From contig NC_043015.1 in assembly GCF_006345805.1 (NCBI RefSeq), positions 1 to 64,000 of the forward strand: a DNA stretch of 64,000 nt. The letters are read 5' to 3'. The notes beneath the pieces were generated by a model that had not been told where the DNA came from, did no database searches, and saw only the letters and a program-made list of their open reading frames with translations. Below, one piece after another: positions 27,613 to 42,125 of this stretch. Positions within the stretch are counted from its first letter, which is position 1; the number at the start of each line of letters is the position of its first letter. The translations under genes were made by a program, and so were the position numbers. This DNA is from Octopus sinensis (lineage: Eukaryota).

Positions 27613-27764
27613 AACCCATGAAAAAAAAGGGTGAAGATATCCTTAGACTTTCGGAACTCTGTTGCTTCTAACTCAGGAACAATAAGTCACGGAAAAATAG
27701 ATTCACAGGAAAACTACAGTAAATTTGTGATTATAACATTTGAGTTATCACTGCGTATATATAA

Positions 27765-28105
27765 GGCCATCAGTTTTGAGTAGGTGGGGTAAGTAGATTA
27801 CATTGACCCCAGCAATGAGCTGATACTTACTTTTATCAACTACGAAAGGCAAAAATCGAGCTCAGCGGAATTTCAATTCGGAATGTAAAGAGGGATGAAA
27901 TGCGCTTAGCATATTCCCCGGTCTTTCTAACGATTCTGCCAGATCACCGTCCTATTATCTCAAATATTCTTTTCTACTCGAGGCATAAGGCTCGAAATTT
28001 CTGGGGAGTGTACCAGTCGATAAAATCGACCCCAGTAGGAAACTGGTACTTAATTTATCGATCCCGAAAGAATGAAAACTAAAGTCGACCTCGGCGGAAA
28101 TTGAC
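27765..28105 (-). mobile_element. Two adjacent family A SINE copies (27765-27953 and 27966-28105)
   Basis: Reverse complement of the core: ggtacttaatttatcga...aaagtcgacctcggcggaa; head end ctgccagatcaccgtcct. Confidence 0.8.
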
Positions 28106-28339
28106 ACGCAAAAATTATCACACGAACAATATATGAAATTCCATTTAAATGACTCGTAAAAAATACAAAATAAGATAATCCAGTGGCTATGTTTGCGGTT
28201 AAACATATAAATATATAATCAGAGCTTACAATTATTAAATCATATATCCCCCACGCTTGCTTCATGTGTAAATGAACTTAAACACATGATATAGTATAGG
28301 TATATGTTTTATGTGTATACATACATACCTTTATTATAC

Positions 28340-28373
<34 letters not shown>

Positions 28374-28382
28374 TTATTTATA

Positions 28383-28426
<44 letters not shown>

Positions 28427-28592
28427 ATATATGCACACATACACACATAAATATGAATATATAATATATATATATATGTACATATGTGTATATAAGTATA
28501 TATAGTAGAAATATGTTACAAAAAGAAAATATAAAATACACGTGGAAATGTAAGGTAAAATATGAAAAATCAACGAAAATGCACATATATAT

Positions 28593-28623
<31 letters not shown>

Positions 28624-28912
28624 TTATATATTTGTACGTATGCCTGTATGTATATATCTATATATGTTTTTGTGTACATGCGTATGTATGTGTGTGTATG
28701 TGTATTATATAGTTATTCAGTTCTCGCATTCATTTATCTCATGCACAAATATACTTATTCCGTCATACCCTGATATGCACCCATATTTCAATAAGCTCTT
28801 TCGTAGCTCGATACACCTATCCACCTAAACTTACTTATAGTGATTCGCAGTTTTACGTACAAATTCATGCAAAATATCCGCATGGATTTTCGAAGATAAT
28901 TTTGCAGCTTTC

Positions 28913-29480
28913 ATACACAAACACATACTAACATACGCACACAAAAAAAACATGCATATACACATACATATGTATAGTTGTTTTGTGTGCGTGTGCTTTA
29001 TTTAGTGTAATTATCCACATACATACATACATACATACGTACATTCACACACATATATATATATATGTATATATACGTATATACATATATACATATATGT
29101 TTATGTATATATGTATATTATATGAACATGTGCTTATATTTATTCATATATATACACACATCTACATATGTATATAGATATATATACACAAACACATACT
29201 AACATACGCACACAAAAAACCATGCATATACACATACATATGTATAGTTGTTTTGTGTCCGTATGCTTTATTGAGTGTAATTACCCACATACACATACAT
29301 ACATATATACATACATACATACATACATACGTACATTCACACATATATATATATATATGTATATATACGTATATACATATATACATATATGTTTATGTAT
29401 ATATGTATATTATATGTACATGTGTTTATATTTATTCATATATATACACACATCTACATATGTATATAGATATATATACA
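28913..29480. repeat. Imperfect tandem duplication (~270-290 bp) of a microsatellite-rich unit
   Basis: acacatactaacatacgcacac...tgtatagttgttttgtgt at 28921 and 29192. Confidence 0.85.
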
Positions 29481-29503
29481 TACATATACATACATATACA
29501 TAC

Positions 29504-29561
<58 letters not shown>

Positions 29562-30099
29562 TTTTGCGTGCATGTATGAATATAGTTCTTAGAAATACTT
29601 TCATATACAAACATTTATCTACTCACTCCCTGCCGTACACTTACATCTCACCAAATTCACTTACATACACACAAATAGACTGAAATCTCCTTACACACGC
29701 CTTCACACGCATACAGAAACACAATCTCACATACTCTCCTCACCTCTCTCTTTTCCTCTCTTCCATCTCTCTCTCTCTCTCTCGCCTTCTCTGTCTCTCT
29801 CTCTCGATCGAATACACAACACACAGACATACATGTTTCTCAAACCCGCGCATACTAACATTAACACATGCACTTGTACCCACGTTCATATCGCCAAGCA
29901 AACATATACATATATACATAATGCACGAATTCACATGGTAATAATATCTGGAGCTATATTGATTAGTGTTTGCAAATCTATTGAAATCCAAGTTTGGGCC
30001 TATGTGATAATGGATTGCATAATGGCGAAATCTGTAGTCACGTACCGTTAGAGAGATGGCATTAGGGTATTGTAACTATCACGCTTGTGTGTCTGTTGA

Positions 30100-31990
30100 C
30101 TTCTAGAATATGGACAGAGATAAACAGCTCGCGTCTTTCTATATCACATTTTTGTTTGGGGTAGAGGTGTGTTTTTGTTTTTATTTTGTCTTCATAATAT
30201 TGGCGAGAGATTCGACTCACTACATCACTATTATCTCCGACACATCCGTACAGGAGGCGAAAAAGGCTCTATACGTTCTTTCAATCTGATATTTTCTTAC
30301 ATGTGGAATATGAGAGAAATAAACAGTATGTCTTCTTACATTTCAGAGACGAGAGACGCAAAGGTTTAATATACAATAGAAAGGGATTCAACTCACCACA
30401 TCACAACTATTTATGTTAGATTCATAATAATAGTGACGCCAAATAGGAACCAAAGTAGTATCTGCATGACGGAGCAGCTTCATATTTCCTGACTTCTGCG
30501 ATATTGTTAAAGCTACGCAGCATATTATACTTCTGTTGCTGGGGTGCAGACCTTAAATACAATATGGAGAGAGATTCAGATAACCAAGTCACTATAATCT
30601 CGACACTCCTTCACAGGAGCCGAAGGGACTCCAATACGTTCGATCAGCTCGATAATTTCTGAATTCTGGAATGTGGACAGATAAACAGTATACTTTCTTC
30701 TATTCCTAGAGAGCAGTTGTTTAATATAATATGGAGAAGGTTTCGGGCGAGAAACTCACACACGAGCCGAAAGAATCCTGTATAAAATAAATGAACAGAG
30801 TATTAAATTATGTGTACAAGTATGCGAGTATGAGTATCGAAGTGGTTTCTAATGACATCTTCTTTTGTTACAGGGTGGGGAGCAGAGGTTTAATAAAATA
30901 TGTAAGGCACCACAACTGTTATAATGATGCACTCATCCAGGAGCCAAGGTAACCACTTCTGATAGAGCGAAGTATTAACATTTGAATTCATATATGCACT
31001 TATGCGTATTTCTTTCTGTTCCTGAGAGGACAGGATGTCGATACGACGGGGTAATAAAAAGTAACCGGAAACGTTGTTCGTTTGGGAAAGCCCGTTGTAG
31101 TTCAGGCTTTCGCCGCTAGAAGCCACTTGATGTAACACTCAAGCATCAGTCTACCGACCGGCGTTGTCTACTCTTGGTCGTAATGTCATGTTGTGTGTTT
31201 TTGAAACGAAGGAGCAGCAAGCTTCTCTGAAATTTTGTTTTCTGCTGGGGAAAACTGCCGCCGAGTTGTCGCGCTTCAAACAGCTTACAAGGATGCTGCC
31301 TTGAACGAAACATATCTTTACGAGTGGTTTTTCACGCTTTAGGAATGTTCACTTGTTGCATGAAGACCAATTTTGTTCAGGACGACAATCGACCTCCCGA
31401 ACGAATGGAAACAACATGAAAATTCATGAACTGATCTTGGAGGACCGTCGCCTAACAATTGACGAACTTTTTGTTATGAGTGGTGTGTTCTGGAGCTCCT
31501 GCCTACGAATTTTGAGCGAGAAATTACGAATGTAAAGAGATGTAGCAACATTTGTGCCTCGCTTGCTCACGGACGATCAAAAGCAGTTACGACTGAATGC
31601 GTTACCATTCTTAACCACCGTCACATTGCAGGAGTTCCAGAACGGCTTCGAACAAGGGATAACGCATCTGGACCAATGCATTACTTCAAATGGAGAACAG
31701 TGTAAACATGTAAGTGAAAAAAATAATATTGTAAAATTCGGGTTTCTTTTTTGTAACCCCTCATATAGCGTAAAATGTACTTGTCTCGACACATCACTAT
31801 AAACTAAAATAACCCTATATAGGAGCCCAGAAATGCTGATATTAATCGACTAACAAATGGTTTTCTTACTTCTGATAACATTATGGACAAGAATTAAACA
31901 AATTATTTCTTCCCTTTACGAAGGAGGCACGATTTATATATTGGGGTATGGGGATGGATTTGTCTCATTACATCACTATTGTTTAAAACA
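30100..31990. repeat. Degenerate ~170-190-bp tandem repeat array
   Basis: Recurring gaga(g)attc..ctca..acatcactat and gga..ag.taaacag anchors at about 30202, 30378, 30566, 30733, 31782 and 31953. Confidence 0.65.
31042..31765 (+). mobile_element. Internally deleted mariner transposon
   Basis: EQQASLKFCFLLGKTAAE, YEWF, SGRQSTS..EDRRLTIDEL, FVPRLLTDDQKQLRL fused to C-terminal DQCITSNGE; TIRs tacgacggggtaataaaaagtaaccggaa and (reverse complement) tatgaggggttacaaaaaagaaacccgaa. Confidence 0.9.
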
Positions 31991-32265
31991 CATGAATAAA
32001 AGAACCAATGATGGAGGGAAAGTGAAAAAGGAAGTGTGTCTATACATTTGTTAGACTTACTTTAAATAAGCACCAAATCTCCGTCAGATTCCATGTTATA
32101 TAGTGTGATGTGTACTTCCTTCAAAACTTTGGATAGTCACATCTGGAATATCTTTAATTCAATCTCATTTGTATTAGGTCTCAACTGGTCACCTGGAGCT
32201 AACGACAACAACAGCAACAAAAGTTGCAGGAAAAAATAACAGAAACAAGAACAAGAACAACAATA

Positions 32266-32324
<59 letters not shown>

Positions 32325-33106
32325 AGTAACTACAACAACAATTGTTGAATAGATTTAATTTCAAGGAAAATATTTCACTCCTAATTATGAAGTTAATAAG
32401 TACGAAATGTTGTGTAACTAATTAAGCAACCACAATAACATTACAGCAATAGCAGTAGCAACAACAACAACAACTCAGCAGCAACAACATAGCCATATAC
32501 GAACCAATTAAATACTCTACATTGTCGAACAATATTCTTGAATTAGAAATAGCAGCCAAATCTCTTTCATGCATTACATCCTAAACATTCAGGACAAAAC
32601 CATTCAGGGCTTCCTAGCCCAGCAAAAGACGTTTTTGTCACGGTTGAATTGCTTTTACTCAAGAGTATTCTCAATCAGGGTAGGTCATCAAGGCAGCGGG
32701 AGAACCAACTTTAGCTATTCAATAGGAGCATATTGTCTCCCTTGCATTACTCCCTATAAATAGTACATAAATACAGTCCGAGATACGCAATATATGGGAG
32801 GAAGTTGAGGTGGTCCAAGTTGGAACGCTTAGTAAACTCTGCTAGGGCACACCAGATGTTAACCAAAAGAATACAACGTTGCTATTTCTAGAAAAGATAA
32901 GCAGATCTCAGGTTCTACACCTGACATCAACACAAGACTAATTCTTTAATTTGCGAAAAATCATCTCTAAATTTAATAAATTTAGGCGGGTCTCAGAAGA
33001 ATGAGGACCAATTTACTTGCAATTAAACGAAAGCGATGTGGAACAATGTGTGATTCAACGAGATAATTCTAAATTAATAATTTAGTTTGAAATAGTAGTT
33101 AGACAC

Positions 33107-33707
33107 GGGCGCGGGCGCGGGCGTGGCTGTGTGGAAAAAAGCTTGTTTCCCAATCACATGGTTCCGTGTTCATTCTCACTGCACGACACCTTGGGCAAGC
33201 GTTTTCTGCTTCAGCTTTGGGCAGAATTAAGCATTGGAAGCGCATTTGGCAGACGAAAACTACTGAAAGAACCCCGTCGTACATATATGTGTGTGTGTTT
33301 AACCACCACCCCCCACCCGACCGATGCTGGTGTGTTTGTTTCCCCGAGCTGGCAGAAACGTTAACACGCCGGGCGAAATGCTTATCGGTATTTCGTCTGC
33401 CGCTACGTTCTGAGTTCAAATTCCGCCGAGGTCGACTTTGCCTTTCATCTTTTCGCGGTCGATAAATTAAGTACACATTGCTCACTGGGGTCGATCTAAT
33501 CGACTACCCCCGCTCCACGAAAAACAATTTCGGGCCTTACACCTAGAGTAGAAAAAAAGATTTGAAGTTCGGCAAAAGAGTCCGATAGAATAACTACTAG
33601 TCTTACAACGAATGAGTCCTGGGGTCAGTTTCTTCGACTAAAAACGCTTTAAGGTGCTGCTCCAGTATGGCCGCAGTCAGCAAGACTGAAACGAGTAAAG
33701 GAATAAA
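33107..33707 (+). mobile_element. Family C SINE interrupted by a family A SINE
   Basis: Head ggcgtggctgtgtgg; body stops at gtgtgtttgtttcccc (33345) and resumes at gttcggcaaaagag (33567). Confidence 0.85.
33346..33563 (+). mobile_element. Family A SINE (nested)
   Basis: gagctggcagaaacgttaacacgccgggcgaaatgc...gagttcaaattccgccgaggtcgactttgcctttcatc. Confidence 0.9.
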
Positions 33708-34627
33708 TTTCCCTCACTTCAAATACTACAAACCTTAAAAAAAAGGTGACGGAATTAAGGACACCTTAGTTGTTTTGGTTTTTAAATATGTTACGCCGCT
33801 AAAGAAGACAGAACAGTTACAGTCCAGACGTCTTTAAATACAGATCTGTTCTATCAAGGCAAACGTGTTTCTGAAGAGCATTATTCACAACAATAATTTC
33901 AATAATAACAAAAACAACGGAAGAGGCACAGGTGGCCATATTAATTCAGCCATGGTGCAGCCTTTTATAGTCACATGATCGGTTAAACACTGCAGTAAAA
34001 ACACCACAAACATTACATCATGCAGTCATGTATTTATATTTACATAGAACGAAATTGATGAGATGGTCATAATTGGAATGTCTTTAATTATAGGTCTACT
34101 CGATCAGGGCAACAGTAACAACAGCAAATAAGTGCATTGAATGGAATGGATACATTGGTTCATGGAATCTTAGTTTCAGTAGATATGAAATAAAATGAGA
34201 TGGTCGTGCATGGAAAGTCTTCGACCATATGTTTCCTCACTCAGTGTTTGCCAATCTCCAACGCCGAATCAAACAGCACCTTCTACTTATTGGCACCGTG
34301 CACGCATACGTATACACACGCTCACACATATACATACACACAGACACACAGTTATCTATCTAGGCAGCGGTGGTCATCCTTTGCACAGACCCTCAGCGTG
34401 TGAACCTTCTCCAGCACTTCCTATACGACCTAGGAGGACCCGTAAGCTCCTCTCCCAGATTACTGGAACTTTGGCAACCCTGACAAGAATTGGGATATCT
34501 ACTGGAGTGGATTTCTGTAAAAACCTTCAGGTAGGTGGTATAAATCAGAATATAGAGGGACGGAAAATATACAATAGAGCATTTCTACTGACAGGACGAC
34601 AATTCTGCCACTCTGCTACTCGACAAC

Positions 34628-34769
34628 CTTTGTAAGTCTAGTACTCATTCTGTTGGGCTCTTTCGCCGAGACGTTAGGTTACGGGGACATAAACACACCA
34701 AAATATGTTGTCAAGCGAAGGAGTGGGAACAAACGCAGACACAAACACGCACACACACACTCACCCCCC

Positions 34770-34813
<44 letters not shown>

Positions 34814-34972
34814 GCCGGGTTTCTTTCAGTTTCCGTCTACCAAATCTACTCACAAGGCTTTGGTTGGCCCAAGACTATAGTAGAACACATTTGCTTAAGG
34901 TGCCACATAGTGGGAATGAACTCGGAACTAGGCGGTTGAGATGCAAGCTTCTTACCATACACCCACTCCTGT
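34628..34972 (-). mobile_element. Family C SINE, 3'-truncated
   Basis: ttctttcagtttccgtctaccaaatc..cacaaggcttt; internal (TA)n. Confidence 0.85.
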
Positions 34973-35667
34973 GTGTATATAAACAAGCTTGCATTTTGTT
35001 TTTTAGAAGCGCTGAATGTTTATCGTACGATACAAACAAGTAAGTGCTATTTTCGAATGCAGTATCTTTATTAAAACAGCAGAACATATCGGCAATATTA
35101 CCTTTATAAGGCGGAAAAAGTTGTCAACAAATAACTATGGGAATGAACCCCGCCCTAAACACCGGCAGAGTGTCTAGGGTTTTGTTTTCAATGACGTTTA
35201 CTCAGAACCAGCCATGAGATCTGTCAACTCCGATAACGGAAAGAATGGCCGTCACATTCGCTGGTGCAGCGAACAGCAACCAAGTTAAATAATAATCCGG
35301 TGTACGTAGACAGAGCTGCATTAAAACGAGGTAGTCATCTAGTCATCTATGTAGCATACATAATGTATATACTCTGTTTCCAGGTAAGTTACAACAGTTT
35401 TCGTTCGAGAAAAAGTCTCTCTTATTTACATGCTGCGTTTAAAAACATGATACATCGCAGGGTAACGAAAAATCATCTCGGGAATACCGGCCCAATATTT
35501 CGGCCTTTGGCAATGACAACCGCAAGACCAGAAGAAATCTGTCACCTCCGACATGGGAAACAGTGAATTATACACTAGGTTATAAATGTATTTATACACA
35601 CACACACACACATACATGTATATGTGTTCCTTCTTGCTGAAACCAGTAAAGGAATTAAATAATATAT

Positions 35668-35761
<94 letters not shown>

Positions 35762-35953
35762 TATTCGCTCCTCGACCCTCATCACAGCAATGAAGAGGTG
35801 AAATGGCAACGTTTTGGTATTTCATTGTCAAATGTAAGGATATGTGACACACGGTTGAAATTTATATCTTGGAGGCCATGAGATCACCATTAGTGTTGTC
35901 TTTCGAAATCTATATGAATTCGTGTTTTTGTGTCTGTGTGTAAGAGAACGCGG

Positions 35954-36016
35954 GAGAGGGAGGAGGGGAAAGAGAGGGAGGAGGGGAAAGAGAGGGAGGA
36001 GGGGAAAGAGAGGGAG
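35954..36016. repeat. 18-bp polypurine minisatellite, ~3.5 copies
   Basis: gagagggaggaggggaaa at 35954, 35972 and 35990. Confidence 0.9.
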
Positions 36017-36203
36017 AGAGAGGAGGTGTTAGAAGTGGAGAGGGGGAGAGAAAAATGCAGTGAGTAATTGTCAGGTTTGTCTGGTGGCTGGAGGGAAGAT
36101 CAGAATCTGGGCGTCCGATATCCTTTCGATTCTTATTTACCGGAGCTTGTATTTCATCTTCTCTTTCGATTTTTACTTTTAGTTTTGTATAAGTAAATTG
36201 TGT

Positions 36204-36467
36204 GTGGAGGCGCGTGGCTTAGTGGTTAGGGTGTCAGCACCATGATCGTAAGATTGTTGTTTTTCGATTCCTGGACCGGGCGACGCGTTGTGTTCTTGAG
36301 CAAAATACTTCATTTCCCGTTGTTCCAGTCCACTCAGCTGGCGAAAATGAGTAACGTTGCGATGGACTGGCGTCCTGTCCAATTGGGGAACACATACGCC
36401 ATAGAAACCGGAAAATCGGGCCCATGAGCCTGGATAGGCTTTAAAAGGCCACATTTATTTTTTCCTT
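36204..36467 (+). mobile_element. Family B2 SINE with V-domain-like tail (T3)
   Basis: B2 head and body followed by gcgatggactggcgtcctgtcc...atagaaaccgg; TSD-like tataagtaaa at 36188 and 36468. Confidence 0.85.
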
Positions 36468-37999
36468 TTATAAGTAAAATGTACAGCAGGTCTTTAATTG
36501 AATTGACCATAATGACCTACCGACTGTCAAATGACTGAAACAAGTAAAAGAGTAAAAGATTAAACCATTGCAGTTGTTGAACTCCTTTTATAAATATATC
36601 TAGTGGTGAAACAGTAAGTTGGTTGTGTTCTGGGGTTTTCGTACAGAATGTCTTGCAGTATTCGTTTCGTTCTTTAGGTCTCAAACTTGAAATACCACCA
36701 AGATCAATATTGCTTTTCTTTCGTGGCTGATTTGTAAAATGGCACTAAAGTGAAGAGACAAAATTGATAAAAGGTTGGGTGACATGCCCTGCACTGTCCA
36801 CTCCGGCCATTTGACTTCTGGTAAACCATGACATACATAATGTAAAGGACAAAAATCGGCTGGAAGCGGGGAAATAGTTAAATTTTCTGATGTGCATTTT
36901 CCAGTAGGCTTTTATTCAAGGAAATGAGGCTCCTATTTCTGATATCTTGTGTGACTAGAAATCAGTTTCATCGGAAATTACCTGACGACAATCGAATTTC
37001 TTGTTAAGAAGGAATATAATTCTACTACAGAGTTACAGGATACTGAAACTTCAAATATTTCACGCGACTGACTCTCTGCTAATAGGTTCCATGTTTTTCA
37101 CAGATTTCAGGATTTCAGGAGATTTTCTCTTCTGTACTATCTCGTGTCAGATATATTTTGCATTTTTCTGCCAAATTTATGTCTCGCCATATGTAAAATT
37201 ATCTGGTATACCTATTTTATGAAATTATTCAGGCAAATTGAAACTACACCTCTCAAAATCCTCATCTAGAAGCTATCGGGAAATTTATTTTGTTCTAAAT
37301 ACGAACGTCTGAAGATGTAGGCGGTCCGCTTACATGTATGAAACTTTCATTTATACAGATATAATCTTAGTCATCTTGTTATTAAACACTTACATCTACA
37401 AATATATGTGATGTACGCACGCTACTTCCTTTCGTTTGGTCGCCTACATGTATCTAGGCACGCAGGCATTCACGTACGTGCACACGCAAACAGACACACA
37501 CACACACGGAATCATGCATTCAGACACACAAACAAACACACACACACATTTAATTCTTAACTAGGTTTCGCAGAGCTCAACCTTGACTCAGAACACCATC
37601 AATGAACACGTAGTAATGAACTGTTCAGGAAAAGGATGACAGAGAGAAAGAAATGTAATGTGAAGGAAAGAGAAACAGAGAAGGGGACAGGGGGCACAAG
37701 AAGTGAGATAGTGGAGAGGAAGTGAAACAAAAGGACAGAGAGAGAGAGGGGGAGAGAAAGATAGAGGTGTAAGGGTGTGACTTCGTGACCTGAAGACATA
37801 TGTTTAGCAACAGAATGTTGGATGGCATACTTGAGACCAACAGGTTCTGCGATCGATTTGTGCTAATTTGTATTTCTCTATTCTATACATACAAATGTAT
37901 GCATATATTCGTACATACCTATTTACATATATACACACACGCTAATACATACATATCTCCATACATAACACACATATACATTACACATGCATTTATACA

Positions 38000-38029
38000 T
38001 ATGAAATAAGTATACATGTACGTATATTA

Positions 38030-38068
<39 letters not shown>

Positions 38069-38107
38069 ACGAATATATATATATATGTGGTATATATGTA
38101 TATATCC

Positions 38108-38148
<41 letters not shown>

Positions 38149-38399
38149 CGTTATATATATAGATATAATATATAGATATGTATATATATATATATATATA
38201 TATACATATATACATATATGCATATATATATATATGCATATATATATACATGTACATATATATATATGTATATATATTATATACATATATACATATATAC
38301 GTATATATATGCATATATATACATACATATATACATGTACATACATATATACATGTATATATATATATATATATAATATATATGTATATATGTCCCTCT

Positions 38400-38435
<36 letters not shown>

Positions 38436-38632
38436 CGTTATATATATAGATATAATATATAGATATGTATATATATATATATATATATATACATATATAC
38501 ATATATGCATATATATATATATATGCATATATATATACATGTAATATATAATATATGTATGTATATTAATATACATATATACTATATACGTATATATATG
38601 CATATATATATACATACATATTATACATGTAA

Positions 38633-38678
<46 letters not shown>

Positions 38679-38680
38679 GC
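38000..38680. repeat. (TA)n region with internal ~288-bp duplication
   Basis: ccctctctc..(ta)n cgttatatatatagatataatatatagatatg at about 38106 and 38394. Confidence 0.85.
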
Positions 38681-39071
38681 TCCTTTGTGTGTGTGTGTGT
38701 GTGTAATTTTTAAGTGTTATACGTTTGTTTACTTTCTTTTATCCACTTCCTCTCATGTCTACCATTAAATCACTCCCCTGGCTTAAATGACATGAAAAAT
38801 GTGTATGGCCATGATTCTACGATGCATGCTTATTCATTGCGACGGCTCGCTTCAACGTAGGTTTGTATTAAATCCATTTCTTTGATCTACGAACGAAGCT
38901 GTTTAAACTTATTCGAGTTAACGATATCAAGTTTTCTCCGTGAAGATTACTAGAAATTAAATCACTGTTATTTTTGTTTGTATGTATGTATGTATGTTTG
39001 TTTGCTCGTGTTTTTGTTTTAACTTTTTTTGTTGTTGTTTTGCTTTTCTCCTTTTATTTATATATTTCTGC

Positions 39072-39090
39072 ATTATCATTAGTGTTATCA

Positions 39091-39121
<31 letters not shown>

Positions 39122-39188
39122 TATTATTATTATCATTAGTGTTATCATTAATATTATTATCATTATTATTATTATTATTATTATCATT

Positions 39189-39219
<31 letters not shown>

Positions 39220-39230
39220 TATTATTATCA

Positions 39231-39264
<34 letters not shown>

Positions 39265-39268
39265 CATC

Positions 39269-39336
<68 letters not shown>

Positions 39337-39347
39337 CATCATCATCA

Positions 39348-39418
<71 letters not shown>
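39072..39418. repeat. (ATT)n/(ATC)n compound microsatellite
   Basis: Direct reading. Confidence 0.95.
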
Positions 39419-39419
<1 letters not shown>

Positions 39420-39652
39420 TCTTCCACAAAATTTCTACTCAAATGTTTCTTCACATCTTCCTAACTACCTGTAAAATTGTTAAACTAATTTAATTAAAAC
39501 TTATCTGCTCACCAAAGATCAAATATTACTGCCAAATATTACGCTGCTTTTGGCACTTATGCAGAGGTATGCACACACACATACATGTGAATAACAAATA
39601 GAGCAGTTGTATATATGCACATAAAACATACATATTTATATATGCATATATA

Positions 39653-39684
<32 letters not shown>

Positions 39685-39739
39685 CATATATATATGTATG
39701 TATATATATATACTTATACATACATATATATATACTTAT

Positions 39740-39806
<67 letters not shown>

Positions 39807-40295
39807 TATATGTGTGTGTGTGTGTGTGATATTATGTGCATGTATATCATTCGGTCTACATATGTACGTTTGTGAAGAACAGAAACGTATTTGATGTTTT
39901 AGGCTGCAACAGCTCTGCAAGTTTTCCTCAGCTATCGTTAAAATGCCGAACTAATTTCAATTCCAGAAGAAGGGAACCTATGATACCCTTCAGAAATACA
40001 CGGTTTTGGGAAACATTCTGGGCCAACTTTTTTTTTTTTGTTTTTTTGGAACCTCAATCCGCAGGAGAAGGAGCTTTTCCAGACAATTTTTCATTGCTTC
40101 ATTTTCTATTTGATTTTAACCATAGTTGGTTTGTTTGCTTTCTTGATCTTTACTGATACTTCTTGAAGAGTTGATGATGTTAGTAGAATAGATCCACGAA
40201 AGGTGCGTCCCTGAGACATGTTTGCAGCAACATCATCCAAATGGAACGAAAAGTAGTCTGTTTTATTGCATGGATTTCGTTACATATACTATAGC

Positions 40296-40585
40296 GATGG
40301 TGCGTGGCTTAGTGGTTTGGGTGTACAGCTCACGATCACAGTCATGAGTTCGATTTCCATCGGCGTGTCGAAGCCTTGATCAAAACACTTTATTTCAAAT
40401 TGTTCCTTTTCACTCAGCTGGCAAGAATGTGTAGTACCTGCATTTCAAAGAACCAATCTTCTGTAATTGGATTTCCATGAAAACTATGTTGAGGGAACGC
40501 GTGTCTGTGGAGAGCTCAGCCACTTGCACGTTTATTTCACCAGCAAGCTCTTCTGTTGATTGGATCAACTGGAACCTTCGAGTGC
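40296..40585 (+). mobile_element. Degenerate family B2 SINE, T1 tail
   Basis: tgcgtggcttagtgg...cactcagctggcaag...gtgtctgtggagagctcagccacttgcacg. Confidence 0.8.
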
Positions 40586-40745
40586 CAATTATACCAAATA
40601 GCAAGTTGGCGATGATAGACCAAGATGCATGTTAAACCTAGCAACTAAGTTCCATAATATCATGACGTTAAAACACATGTAATTTTGTGCTTAAGACACT
40701 CAAGTACCATCGAAATATTTAGAGTTCTATGTCTGCAGGAAAACT

Positions 40746-41007
40746 TTAACCATATAACATTTAAATCGATCATATCCGGCCATAACCAGCCATATCCGGC
40801 CATAACCAGCCATATCCGGTCAAAATATTCTAAATCTTCAAACACATCAGAATTACCCTCTCATTCCAATACTAGAATATCATGCTAAAAATTAACAGTT
40901 ACCTCGTCCAAATTCTCATAGCTTCGAGATAATACATGATTAATTCAAAACAATGTGAATAAAGAAGCATTAGTTTGGAAAGAACAATGTGAATGCTTAA
41001 TGGTTAA
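40746..41007. mobile_element. TTAA-flanked (piggyBac-like) MITE with internal 20-bp tandem repeat
   Basis: Left ttaaccatataacattta, right (reverse complement) ttaaccattaagcattca; catatccggccataaccagc x2.5 at 40771-40818. Confidence 0.65.
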
Positions 41008-42032
41008 GCAGGCCAGGAACTAGCTTCTGTTAAAAGCTATTAAAATACCTGGTCGAGTACATTTTAATCATAACACATATTAATAAGTATGTCTCTTGGA
41101 CCAAACATGTTGCGTAATCACAGTAAACGTGGCTGTTTTGTAAAGTATGTCCCGAGGACCCTGTTACATAATCATTATAGAAGCATAATTTTTTGAAAGT
41201 AATTTTTCCAAGAATTTAGAGACATGAAATAGACACCAGTCTTCTAAGCGCAGTATGATTCAAGGTATAATTTTATATAATAGTAGTTACTATGCGTCCA
41301 AGACCATAAACATCATAAAATGAATACCAAAGTTCACTCGAAGAAACCTGGAAACAGAAGTTCGTGTCTTGCGTTTATTATGTGACTACGAATAACCGTT
41401 CTGAGTGAAATATTAAAATTCTTTGCAAGTCGTAGCACGTAACTTTCTTATTCGGCGAAGTTTATTTAGGCGGGAATGTAATTTGCGATGTTTTATAATA
41501 ATATACATCGGTACGTATGTACATGCACATGAATATACATATTCAAGTATAAATACTTACTCATATAGCTCATGTATGTATGTATGTATGTATGTATGTA
41601 TGTATGTATGTATGTATGTATGTATGTATGTATGTATATTTGTATGTTTGTATGTATGTATTCATTTATCTATGTGTACCTGTATGTATGTATGTATGTA
41701 TGTATGTATGTATGTACGTATGTATGTGTATCTATTTATGATTTTATGGTTTTATACCCATATATATATATTAAATATATGCAAATATACATACATAAAT
41801 AAACGGTCACATGTAAGCATTTATACGCATATGTGTTCATATATATCACACACACAGACATACTTGTATATATAAAGTTTGTATCTGTATGCATACTAAT
41901 ACTCGTCGAATATATAAACCCATCGTGTATATGTGTATATATAGAACCTATGTCATAATACTAGAGAACAATATATTTCTCTTAGATCATCATCATATTT
42001 AAAGTTGAAATTTACTACAATCTTGATCGTGT

Positions 42033-42123
<91 letters not shown>

Positions 42124-42125
<2 letters not shown>

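Noticed and set aside
37309-37344. ctgaaga plus hairpin plus gaaac as a hammerhead
   Set aside because: The hairpin tgtaggcg/cgcttaca can form, but GAAA is offset by several nt and stems I and III do not form
40771-40818. Short direct repeats (also at 12906 and 35954) as CRISPR-like arrays
   Set aside because: Head-to-tail with no unique spacers, no cas genes, eukaryotic context
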